From: Camelus dromedarius
Taxonomy: Eukaryota
Direction of reading: 5' to 3'
Assembly (NCBI RefSeq): GCF_036321535.1
Contig: NC_087436.1
Coordinates: 52,578,001-52,642,000, forward strand
Length of the DNA stretch: 64,000 nucleotides
The notes beneath the pieces are model-generated. The model did no database searches and had not been told where the DNA came from. It saw only the letters and a list, made by a program, of their open reading frames with translations. The position numbers were made by a program, and so were the translations under genes. How positions within the stretch are numbered: position 1 is the stretch's first letter; the number at the start of each line of letters is the position of its first letter. Below, piece after piece: positions 52,506-64,000 of this stretch.

Positions 52506-55164
52506 GCACCATAAATTTGAAGTATGAATCAGTCCCTGAGCAAATTTTATTCTAAAATGATTGTTCTGAGGAGATTTAAAATTGTGGAAGGTTGAGAGAT
52601 GATTCTGTTTCTCCGTGGAATTATGTAAAATTCTTACTTAAGGGCGTTAAGCATCACGGCCACGTTGATGAAGAGGAACATGTATATGAAAGAAGTACAG
52701 TCTCTTTATACATTTCTTTATTCCTCATATTTCACATACTTAAAATATGCCAGAAATGCCTTAATAAAGGCCTCCTCAGAGCTCCCAGAAAGTGAACAAG
52801 GCTCAGCCAGAGCTTGGCTGTGGACCTTTCATAGGAAAACTTCATGTATGAATTGAATCCAAAATAATTTCTCAAGCTCTTCCTCAGCAATCTTTTGGAG
52901 GCCATGGGGGGAGGCGTAATATGCATCTACCAAGGGCAATAGCTATACCCAGAGTAGGTCCCTTCGTAAAATCACCAATGTCCCAAAGCAGCCAGTGAAT
53001 AGAAATCGGTGTACAGCACCCGCCCTCAGTGCCTGCGGTGGTATCCGTCCTCGGGCATCTGAGCTGGGAGCCCTTGAATCCCTCCAGCATCCTGGGTGTA
53101 TGTGGGAAAATTGCTTCTGCACAGATTGCTTCAGCATATGTTTTGATTGCTGGAAGTCGCAGTACCCCACGCCATTCCTGTCCCGGTGTTTGCCCTAGTT
53201 TGCATTTTAAAGAGAACAAAGTCTGGATAGTGAATAATTTGTCAAAAGTCACAGAGCAAGTCAGAAATTGGTTGTCCTCTTTCCACTCCTGGATTTGCCT
53301 CCTTGTCTTTGCACCTCCATAGAGGACAGCTTTAAAACCACACAGAGTCACCACCATGTGTCAGTTTTACGCACGTTAATAAAACTGGGAGCAGTTCTGA
53401 AGCCAGTTTTATTTTGAACCCTTGTTCCCAGCGACCCTTTAGCCTTAAAATTTTCACTTTACTTTCCCAATTTTAACAGATGATGGAGAAAGAGCACAGA
53501 AATAAACTCTGGCTGAAAGTAAAAACTTTTAAATTATATCAAGCAATATACAGCTGTGAAATCGCTTACTGGAGGGTTGTCAGGAGACATACTGTATATT
53601 ATTTGGTAACCACTTAGAAATAATGTAGAAATAACCGCTTTCCTCTAGCTGGTCTCATTGGCTGCAGCTCACAAGGGTCCAGGCAGCACTGAGCTAGGCG
53701 ATGGGAGGGCTTCTGGGGCTGCTTCCCTCCGTGTGTGTCACCTCAGGCAAAACTCAGTTTCCTCATTAGTACAGTGGGGTTCTAGCGCCTGCTCTGTCCC
53801 CCTTACAGGTGTTTGCAAAGACGCAATAAGGTATTGAATGAAAAAGTGTAAGCACAAAACAAATCATAGGAAAAAGTGGTGATAGATAATATTAAACAGC
53901 ACTTTGTGCACTGTTCCCCGTGCTAGTCTCTCATTCCCCGCAGCAGCCTCGTGATACAGGCGAGTATTATTCTAATTGCATTGATCAGTTTTGTATCTAA
54001 TATATTAGAGCGCTAGGAGTGAATTTGAGTCTTGCTGCTGTTCTTACTTCGATGTTAAAACTGAATCAAGACACTTCTCAATCACCTCTCATCTTGACCC
54101 TGTCCAGGGATGAACCAACACTAAAGAGGCCAGGAAATGCATCTACAGACTCACATCTACGAGCTGGGTGTGATGAACTACGGCAGACCCAGCACCACAC
54201 AGGGGGATCCAGCAGAATGGTTAAGGTAGAAGCAGGCAGTACAGTGGGTGGGTAGGAAATTAGTTCTGAAGCTGGGTTTGCACAGCAATCACATTGCATT
54301 TGTGTCTAATGAAGAATGATTGCATAATATATGTAATGTATGCATAATACATGCAATGTATATAATGAATAACGCATACATCACGCAAATTAAATGTAGC
54401 CAAATTTTCTTAAAATGCTTTTATTCACACTCTATAAAAGGTGAGAAAAGTCACAAGTGTCCATATACTTTCCAGTATAATGCCTGGTATATAGCAGACT
54501 GTCAACGAACATTGGTTCAACGATATAATAGTGTCCTGCAATATTATCACATCTTTGTTCAAGAACGAATAAGTGAAAAAAAATCATTGACTTTTGTAAA
54601 CTTAAGAATTAAATCACGTTAAGCACTAGATCCCATTCTGTACCCAGGTAATACCTGAAACAGAACAGGCACCAGGACTAATGAAATGGTTTGTCTTCTC
54701 CACTTGACTGTAAACTCCCCAAGATCGGGGATCATCTTTTGCTTGTGACACCTGCCATGGCTCCCAGAAGATGGTAAATGCTTTCTACCTCTCCTGTCAA
54801 CTCAGTCAAACTTGGGGGACTCTGAAAGATTCAGAGGTGGTGTAGTTTGTTAGAAATAACACCAAAATAAGAATCACAAGGCCTGGTTTAAATGTCAACC
54901 CTGGCACCATAAACATAGGCATGTATTTAGACCTTCTGGTCTTAATTTTTCCTCACCAGCCTAGAATATAACCTCCTCTCTCTATGGTCTCCTGAAATGC
55001 CCCTTGTAATCAGAATTTGTTTAGCTATCTAGTCAGAGAGACAGACAGATAGACAGAAAAAGAGATTACACAGGTATATATGTGTATTCTTTGCTTTATA
55101 TTGCAGACTTTATGTTTCAGAAAAATGATTACCTTCAGTAGAAATTTATGTCATATTAAATATC

Positions 55165-55325
55165 ACACTATAAAGACTGCTCCACCTAAATGTTACCCTC
55201 TCAGAGAAGCCTTCTCTGACCATCTCATTTAAAGAAGGCCTCCTAGTTTGTTTACTGCTCACCCCAGGGCCTAGAACAGTGCCAGGCCAGTAAGTACACT
55301 CATTACATACATGTTAAATGAGAGG
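55165..55325 (+). mobile_element. LINE-2 3' end
   Basis: 'aaatgttaccctctcagagaagccttctctgacca...ccccagggcctagaacagtgcc...gttaaatga'. Confidence 0.75.
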
Positions 55326-55729
55326 AAGAAAAAAAGGCATGGAGGACAGAGGGAGAGAAAAGGAGAAAATTTTTTGATTCAGGTCAGAAAACCAGCAGAG
55401 AAGCAAATGAAGCATATAATGGAAACTCAAACTACATAGTGGTGGGATTGTTTGGCTTAAAACAAAAAAGTATCTGATAACATCACTCACTTACTTTGCT
55501 GACAGTTAATTTTTAAGAAGGCTGAGAATGTGATAAAAAGCTGGTTTGGGATATGAAGGAAATCATTAGTAGATATCATTTAAAGACAAATTTATTAAAA
55601 TGATAGTTAAGTTGCACAATTGTACCCAGTGAATTCTTACTTTGAGTCCAAAAGAAAAAACCAAATAGTACCCTGAGGCGAAGAGAACTAAAATCTTTCT
55701 CATCTCTTAGTAGAAACTCATCCATCCTA

Positions 55730-55925
55730 ATACTGTTTGTTTAGTGCCTCCTGTGGGTTAGATGGTATTTAGCTCTAATCTTGGGAAGTAATTATTATTG
55801 CCCTCAATTTACAGGTGAAGAACTGAGGCTCCAAGAGGTAAAATGACTTCTCTAAGGTCATTCAGCTTAGAGTGGCCTGAGACTGAAGTTCAAAGCTACT
55901 GAATTTAAAGTCTAGACATCTTCCT
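55730..55925 (-). mobile_element. MIR SINE
   Basis: 'tttacaggtgaagaactgaggctccaagaggtaaaatgacttctctaaggtca'. Confidence 0.75.
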
Positions 55926-58604
55926 CTACGAAATATAGAAGTACCCTGCCTCTATGGAATATAGTTTCCTCTCTAACTTGTAAACCACCTGATGAGAGAG
56001 GAAAAGCCTAAAAACCTAATCAAGGCCTTCATACATAGTATTACTAAAAAGTTGCTTTCAAAATGAAATGCTTTCATTTTAATCCTGTTTTCCAATAGAC
56101 TTCTAGTGTAACACTGAAAGCACACTTCCATAGGAAAATGAGGCCTAGTGCATAGTAGAAACAGTCTTACTCAAACAAACTCTTTAAAAAATCATGTTCC
56201 AGATAAAGTTAATATATAAAGATAAAATATTCATGTAAACCGAGTCATGCAAGCCAAACAAAACACAGAAATCATATTTATGTCTGACAATGATTCAATG
56301 GTCTGAAAAAGAAAACAAAGGACAGCAGCTCACTGCCATAAAAGTTACTCTTCTATGAAATCCCCTTACCGAAATTCCATGTGTAGCTCTCAAAAGCTGG
56401 TAGAGCTTTGTTTCAATGCACATACAGAAGCTGCTAGCTTCTAGAAATAAACAAGTTGAGCTGGGCTGCAGTGGGAAGGAGACGGAAGAAATCCAGAGGC
56501 TGAATTTCAAAATAAGTTGAAAGAGGACTAATGAGGAAATTGATTTCTAGAAACACACAGCCAAGAGCATCTGAAATGTATCTGCTAGGAGTCCTCAGGC
56601 AACACGCCAAGTTCGCTCTTTGTAAATTCATAAAAATTGTTGCATTTTGATGCCCAGAGGCAAGTGGAAGTTTCCACTCCTCATTTTTGATGCAGAATAA
56701 ATGTCTGGAAAGGTCTAACAACTCATCCAGTATAGCACAGCTAGTTAGAAAGAGAGTCTTTTGAACCATTCCATTAAGGTAAGATTTATTTTTTCAAACT
56801 AAAAGCTGTTTCACCTCACCTAAGCACACTGGGCAACATTAACAAATCAGCAAACCACTGTGAATTTTTAAATAATTATCTTCTTTGTATCAAATTGTTA
56901 AAGTAAAATGTTATTTAATAAAAAACAACTTTTTGCAAACATGTGACCTCTTTGAAGTAAGGATGTTTGGTGAATCTATAGATAAACTGAACAGAAAGCT
57001 AAGCAGTCAAGCTGGGATTAGCAAGAATCAACAGTGGGATTTAGTGCAATCAACATTAAACGCAAATAGGATGAAAGAGACTGTAGAATTCAGAACAGCT
57101 AGGATATTATTAGCAAAATAATTCTTTAATAGAAGTGTGCCAATTGACACAGGATACACAGGGACCAATTTGGAGTGGAAAAGAGAAAGGATCAAAGTGC
57201 CGAGTAAAATAGGAGAGAATGAGGAGGAACCGAGGGATGAACCCAGGCAGCAGAACGTGTTCCCCGCCTGCAGCTCTGCAGGACCCGCAGAGCACGGTTC
57301 TGTCAAAGCACATGTCCAGCAAGGGCTCAAGAAATGAAACACTTCTACAACTCTGCCAAGCTACAGTTTTAAAAGAAATTTTAAAACCTCTCTGATGATA
57401 CTCTCGGGAATGCGAGGTTTCAAGAGTCAAGAAAGCACAGAGACGAGCTGAGCTTTCTGCCTCATGCCTCCTTCCTTCGCTGTGTTTCCTGTGCAGACCA
57501 GACACAGAGATATAGCCTAGAGACCACAGAGTAAACCGAGATGCTTTACACGATGTTCCTTACATTTTGAAAGTTTTTTTAAATACCATTGGCAGCATTT
57601 AGTATTATTATTTTGTTTGCAATTTCATGTTGGACTTTAACATAAGGCCATTTTCCACGTTTGTTGCCAGCCATAGAACTTGGCCAGCTGCCACTCCAAA
57701 CTAGTCCCACGCTATCTCTCCCCACTATCTATAATGTGACCCAGTTTTGGTGAGAGAAGAGAGTTCCTGATTCTTAATTACTGCTGCTTGGGGGAAGCTC
57801 TTTGCCAGACATGGGAAGTTTCTGACCCTGGCTGAGACTCACAATGTGTAGGTCAAGTGTCTGGTCCTTAGAGTGAGTAGCAGAGTGTTGGACACACGGA
57901 AGGGTCTTTTGGAAAGTCAAATTAAATGAAGGAGAGCGTTGCATCTGCTGATTAGTGCACCAAACTGGGGCTCCCTGCCACGGCTTCCTGCACGGCTGGG
58001 GGGTGATTAGTGAGAGGGAGGGAGGTGGTACCAACACAATGGGACTGTGCCCACCCCACACCACCACTCATTTGTCTTGTGGATGTGAGGGAGTTGATCT
58101 CACTGAGCCTGAATTATAGAATCTAAATGTGGGACTAAACATTAATTTGTTAATTAGTAAACATTAATAATGCTTGATAGGAAAGTGTCTGTGAAAAGTA
58201 CTTTGTAAACTATACTATGACTTAATGGAAATGAGTTATTAAAATTACCAAATAAAACCATTTCCTTTATGAGCATACACACACACAGATTCACACACAC
58301 AAGATGCACAGCGAATAATTTCAGTTAATTCATTTAAAAATATTTTGATTTCCTCAACTTATGTAACTTAAAAATATGCTTATATGAGTGTGATCGTATC
58401 AGTGTGACAAGATGTGAAATGAATCCGTCTTCGACAACGTGAACTGATGCATGTCCTCACTGTGGCTCACGAGGAAGCCCTAACCCACCGCACTCCACCG
58501 ACTGGTGGCACAGCTGGAAACTAAAGGGAAGGGAAGGAGCAATTTGAGGGGGCCAAGTCATCTCCTTAATGCTATAATATCCATTTAAAAAGGGAACATT
58601 TGCC

Positions 58605-58893
58605 TCAGAGAACAAATATCATATAATTCCATTTATATGAAGTACCCAGAATAGTCAAATTCATAGAGACAGAAAGTAAAATAGTGGTTACCAGGGGCTG
58701 GGCAGGGCAGATGCGGAGTTATTGCTTATGGGGTACAGAGCTTCAGTTTGGAATGATGGGAAAGTTCTGGAGACGGATGGTGGTAATGATTGCACGATAA
58801 TGTGAAGGTACTAATATCACCGAATTGTTCACTTCAAATGATTAAAATGGGTAAAGTTTGTGTTATATATATTTTACCACAATAAAAGAAAAA
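58605..58893 (+). mobile_element. L1MB-like 3' end
   Basis: 'aattccatttatatgaagtacccagaatagtcaaattcatagagacagaaagta...aaagttctggagacggatggtggt...ttttaccacaataaaa'. Confidence 0.9.
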
Positions 58894-60668
58894 GGAAAAC
58901 TTATTTCAAATGTTTGGGCCACTTCATATTGAATAATTGAATTGACTGAGGTTTTTGAGGAATTAAATTCACAGAACCAAAAGATATACATCACATTCTA
59001 TTACAAGTCAGTAAGAAAAGGAAAACAGTTATTATGAAGATCTTCCATTTTCACTTCTGGATTGACATGAAGCCAAATCAAATTTTAAAAAAGTAAGAAG
59101 GAGAAGTCACACTGATTGAATTGCCCATATTTTACTAAAACATGGTATTGCTACATCTAAGTACACTCTGTCCCCTGAAAAAGAATGGGGACAATTTTAT
59201 GAACTCTAATTGAGTTCAAAACAGTATAAAATTCATAGAGAAAAAAAGTCATGAATAAGATGAATAAGACAATATGAGACCCAGAGCAAAATGAATACAT
59301 ACATTACACTGCCTATAACCAAGATAAATATATGCACAAGAAACAGCAGATTGAATCCACTGTGAAAAAGTTTGATATTCACAGTAAAGAAGAAAGCCAA
59401 GGGAATTTATAAGTAGATATAAAGACAGTACATATGAAGGGACCATATTTCAAAACCATATGAAAATGATTAGCTTTGTATCATCATGACTGGAAATTAG
59501 AGGACAGAAAAAAAACGCAGAAGACATCCTTTTCTACTATTCAAAGAGCTATGGCAATTGAACTGAGTTAAAATAGTCTATTTCAAGACAGGATATTGGT
59601 GAAATCATAGGTGTGATGTTCTAACTAGAAGCGGGGAAAAGGGACAAAATTCATTCAGATTAAGTCAGTTCCTTGAAAAGAAGTCACTTACTTACCAAAT
59701 CCATAAAAGCAAGATCATTCCCAATCTGACAGTCATCACAGACAGATTCTGAAATACTGGAAATTTCCAATGCCCTCACTGCTAAGTGGAAATGTCACAT
59801 CATTTCCTTTTGCAAAACAGAGACTCTGGCATAATTCTGATATAAGCATGTTGTTTATTTTAATGTCGATCACTGCCTTGGAGTGTTTTCTTTTTAATAA
59901 GCAACACTTGCTCCAAATAGCTCCATTTTTTTTTTTTATCTGTAAACTGCACAAGTTACAAACATGGAGCTAGACAGTTCCTAAGATCTCTTGCTAAATT
60001 CAAAAGAGTGTGGCAACACAGAAGAAAGAAACTGCGTCTTTGAGCCCTGGGGGCCTTAAAGAACCTAGAAGCTTTAAGAGAATAACTAAGATGCACCATG
60101 TCCACAGGACACGCATGCCTCAGAAGCAGACTCCCGGGGAGCAGGTGGATTTCCTCCAATTCTTCACAACAGAACAACTCTCTGCCATCTAATTTTCCTT
60201 TCCCTTGTGTCTTCTTACCTTTACTTTACAAACATGGCAGCTTGGTCTCAGAGGAACAAAATTTCATTTCTTTCCTAATCTTCCCCCCACTCTGTTTACA
60301 CCTTTTTCTGCATTGTTATTAAGATAGTTATGCCAATTCTAGCACTTCGGTCGTTTTCTCATTTGTTACCTTACACTGGGAATTAGATTTATTGATTCAC
60401 TGACTATCCAAAAGCCAGACAAAGAAACCAAAAGTTTTATTGGTTTTCTGTTTCCTTCTACTATAACTAGAGTTTGCTTTATCTTTCAGTAAGAATTTAA
60501 AATTCAAAAGTCACTCCATCTTATTTATTATCTTACCAGCATAACATTAAGTCTGAAATCCTTTCTATAAATTTAATCATTTTAGTTTTCACAATTGATG
60601 ATTATTTCACTTGGTCAAAACTAGATGCACATTGCTGTGTCCTATCTAAGATACACACATCCTCATCC

Positions 60669-60704
60669 ACACAAGCGCACACGCACACACACACACACAC
60701 ACAC
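60669..60704. repeat. Imperfect (CA)n microsatellite
   Basis: Directly visible. Confidence 0.85.
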
Positions 60705-61499
60705 CCCTGTGTACACCATCTAGACTTGGGTCTTCATCATGCTCTCAGGAAATTCTAATAAGACTGTCTCATAAATACAACTCCAGTAACATATGCCTAA
60801 CAAAAGACAACGTGTTGATGTAAATACACATCTACAAAGTGTTACGGACTCACTTACAGGGCATTCTCCATCATAAACAACCATATTCTGTTTTAGCATT
60901 TTTTGCTGAAATGTCCAATAGTAGCAGACACAACACACAGAGCCTAAAGGAGTGAGCACATCTGGCTTGTGTAAAGAGTAAACAGGTTTTTTTCAAATAT
61001 ATTATTTTTCAAAGAAATAGCCTGAAATGCAAAAAAAAAAAAAAAAAATGGAAAGAAGCATGGTTATTAATGCATTTTCTTTTTCAAAATCCTGAAAATC
61101 AGCCATATGTTCCACATTATGAATATGCAGATGGTCTCAATGCAGTTATTTTTTCTCTAATTAAAACCACCAGGGCAAAATAATGCAAGAGTTTAGGAAG
61201 CTGCTTCAGCTGGGTCTCTCTCTTCCCTTCTCCGGAGGAGCAACAAAGCCTCTACGTGTGTATACAATTTGGGGACCCTTGCTGGTAAATGAAAAAGAGG
61301 GCCAAGCGGAGCAGCAGGAGGGTAGCTTTATTCCTGCGTGCTTTGTGGTAAATCATGCACTTGATGAAGAAAATGCACTTCACCGATGCATTTCCCGTAG
61401 TATTTTCGTTTAAAACCCACCTTTGGCATTTTGCAAGCAAGAACTTCTCTGAATTCAGCACCCTTGCTGTGACTGCCCTCGGTCCAACAATGATGCTGA

Positions 61500-61620
61500 A
61501 ATCAAGCATATCAAGTTAACCTGTCGGCCTGCCCGCCTGCCCCCTTAATGACAGCTCTGAGCCGAGCACGTCAGCGGGGCCCGGCTCAGTGGCTCCAGGC
61601 AAACGTTTGACAATCTGTCC
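61500..61620. promoter_or_regulatory. CpG-retaining candidate enhancer
   Basis: 7 CpGs in ~90 bp, overlapping TAAT/TGACAG (ttaatgacag), a CACGTCA site and an 8-bp inverted repeat. Confidence 0.35.
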
Positions 61621-61969
61621 TGAGGAGCCTTACACTTCATTTTGAGGAAGATGGGGGTGGATGATGGACAACAAGTATATAAACTATTACTATACTTGTT
61701 CTCCATCTGCAAACAGCCGTAACAAAATAATTCTGTCCCAGGCTTTCTCTCCCTCCCTTAGATACTTTCCATACCTCTGGCCTTTTAGAGACCAAAGACC
61801 TATCTGATTTTCAAAGGTGTTGTTAGGAAGATAGCCCTAGAGGTAGAGAAACCAGTCTCATGAAAGTAAGCGTAAGTTCATGTAGTTACCTTGCTTGACA
61901 TCATCATTCTGATGAAACACTTTATCCTTAATAATCCATATGTTGTTTTTTAAAAAAGGAACAGGAGAC

Positions 61970-62172
61970 ATTACATAAAATAGATAAACAACAAGGACAT
62001 ACTGTACAGCACAGAGGAACTATATTCAATTTATTTTAATAACGTTGGAAAAGAGTCTGGAAAAAAATATACAGCTGTTTTGTATACGTATAACTGAAAC
62101 ATTTTGCTGTACACCTGAAACCAATATTGTAAATGAATTACACTTAAAGGAAAAGCAAAATTAAAAATAAAA
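61970..62172 (+). mobile_element. Short L1 3' end (same family as the 11019 and 36644 copies, more diverged)
   Basis: 'ataaaatagataaacaacaagga...tactgtacagcacag...gaactatattcaat...tgctgtacacctgaaac'. Confidence 0.85.
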
Positions 62173-63451
62173 GCTATAGGGGAAGGGATATGTGGTGAGG
62201 ACGCCACTGATAAAGTGCTATCACAGATCCTAACATTCTTTAGGCCACCAAACTATACAGCTGAACCCCTTACTGCCACAGCTTTGGCTGCCAGAGCAAT
62301 GTAGGGGGCTTGCAAGAGCTCAGCTGGATGGGGCAAGAAAAACACACACCCTCTTGTCCCGAGCGGCCTTCTTTGTGGGAACTTTGAATTCTTAAATGGA
62401 AAATGTTTCATTTAAAATGAAATAATAATCCTTACTTTAACTGAGTAAAGAATTTTTTAAAAAATTGTACTAGATATAAACTTTTATGTTAAACGTTTTT
62501 TCATGTTTATCCAATTTTACCCAAGTACTGGCACAAACACAACTCTACATTTGAGAGAAGACAAAGGGAGAAGCCTGCAGTCTGATACTTACTTAAAATA
62601 GCATGTTTCCTTCCAAGAAGCACTCAGAGGGAAAGTCAATATTCTTCACAGTGAAGAATTCCCTCCCCTTTTCTGACGTGTGTATCTGAACCAGAATTAC
62701 ATAGCACATAAATTATCATAAAGGTCTCGGGGCAAAATGGAGCTACAAATACAAGGTCTATTTGGAAAGGTCATGTCAGTTGAGTCTTCTGAGGGTTCAT
62801 ATGACCATCAGAAGATCTGTCCAACCAGGTCCTGGCAGGGCTGCCGCTGGGAGGACAGAGACTTGAGACGTTTCTTACTGGGCTCTTACTGCTCGCGAAG
62901 GCTGCTAAGCTCTCCCTCCACACACACCTTTCTGTGCTTCAGCTGTGACTCTGGAACTAGAACTCTACAGCACACGGCGGTGCTTTGCCAGCTGGTTGCC
63001 TAAAAACACGAAGTCAGGGACAAGAGGAGAACGGGGAGGCTGGGAAAGGGAGAGGGGATTGGCTCCTTTTCGTCTGCTTCCTGAATCTCTTCTGTTTCCT
63101 GATCCGTTTGGATTTTGGCTTTATTCACATCACTAAGCAATACTTCTTCAAACCATGAATAGCAATCCCCTCCAGTGGTAGAAGTCTGAAGTTCTGACAT
63201 TTCTAGAAGCAGGCTCACAGTGCCATCTCAGAGATCCTAGAACCAGTCTTGGCATGCCCCTTCCAAGACTCCAGCACCAGACACTCAGCATCCATTCAGA
63301 GGTCTATGCCCTAGCCTTTCAGGGTCCCTTCTCTGAACTCAGAAACACCAGCAGCAGGTTGGCATCCACATCTCAAAGATCTTCTGTTTAATAATCTCAA
63401 CTTCTTCCCTTTGTTCCCCCAGGCCTAAAGTTGGTAACTCCTTCCTGCAGG

Positions 63452-63604
63452 TGGACTGAACTACATAATTTGCCAGAGCCACTGAAAAATGAAAATGTGA
63501 AACCTTTGTTCAAAACTTATTAAGAATTTCAAGATGGCAGCAGTGGAGTGTTAAACCAAGCATGGGACCCTTCTAAATGCAAGACCCTGTGGAAATTCAG
63601 GAGT

Positions 63605-63651
<47 letters not shown>

Positions 63652-63660
63652 CCAGCCCTA
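63452..63660. mobile_element. hAT-Tip100 MITE (MER45A-like) containing a (CA)n tract
   Basis: 'ctacataatttgc...aaaatgaaaatg...ttgttcaaaa.ttattaagaatttcaagatggcagcag...ttaaaccaagc'. Confidence 0.85.
63607..63650. repeat. Perfect (CA)n microsatellite, ~22 units
   Basis: Directly visible. Confidence 0.95.
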
Positions 63661-64000
63661 TGGACAGGGACTACCTCTGTAAATGTTCATTTGGGCCATT
63701 TTTAGTTCATTAATACCAAATTAGCAAGTCTTCACATTAAATTTTCTCTGTTAAAATAAGAAGTGTAGTTTTTGTCTCAAAACTGGATCCTAGCCAAGAT
63801 CCTATTCTTCAAGCTGAAGGAATGATGAGAGTCTGTCTCCAGAGCAACAGGAAGATCTCTTTTTCTGCACTGCTTAGAATTCAAGTTCTAACCCTCATCT
63901 TGGAGTTCTCGGGATCAAAGTGCAGAAGTCCATAGTTCAAACCATCCTGATACATTTCACTCATGTCTGTTTCCTAGCCATGTAGCCACCAATGTTCTGA

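Larger units (their letters stand above)
63290..63820 (+). mobile_element. ERV-L LTR (LTR33-family-like), split by MER45A
   Basis: 'ccctttgttcccccaggccta...ttggtaactccttcctgcag' resumes after the MITE and ends 'attaaattttctctgttaaaata...ctggatcct'. Confidence 0.6.

Noticed and set aside
52884..53357. 157-aa minus-strand ORF
   Set aside because: It begins within MIR-like sequence (~53200-53320) and has no recognisable homology.
57110..57505. Overlapping ORFs of 66-131 aa around a mildly GC-rich patch
   Set aside because: No recognisable protein and no convincing splice sites.
1..64000. CRISPR arrays, operons or other prokaryotic systems
   Set aside because: The sequence is mammalian and repeat-rich, with no regularly spaced repeats or dense ORF structure.

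Overview
This is AT-rich mammalian genomic DNA, most likely from a camelid: four copies of a tRNA-Ala-derived SINE and artiodactyl-type L1 3' ends point that way. I found no intact protein-coding gene, host exon, rRNA or true tRNA gene that I can support, and the ORF track looks like chance ORFs. The window is a mosaic of old eutherian repeats (L1M, L2, MIR, MaLR/MLT1, MLT2, LTR16/LTR33, hAT-Charlie MER5/MER33/MER58, MER45, a Tigger remnant) plus younger SINEs and L1 tails. The best-supported complex element is a decayed minus-strand ERV-L provirus (~47.8-51.8 kb) with recognisable gag, protease and RT motifs and two LTRs. The most intriguing region is ~30.9-38.5 kb, whose core (31.7-36.5 kb) has no repeat I recognise. 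On the + strand it carries short motifs in the order of a foamy (spuma) virus 3' half: RNase H, integrase C-terminus, env, tas, bel2, R/U5. This is a hypothesis only. The matches are by eye against remembered sequences, each is weak enough to arise by chance, and I found equally good false matches. A profile search would settle it. Repeat family names are from memory of consensus sequences and boundaries are approximate.
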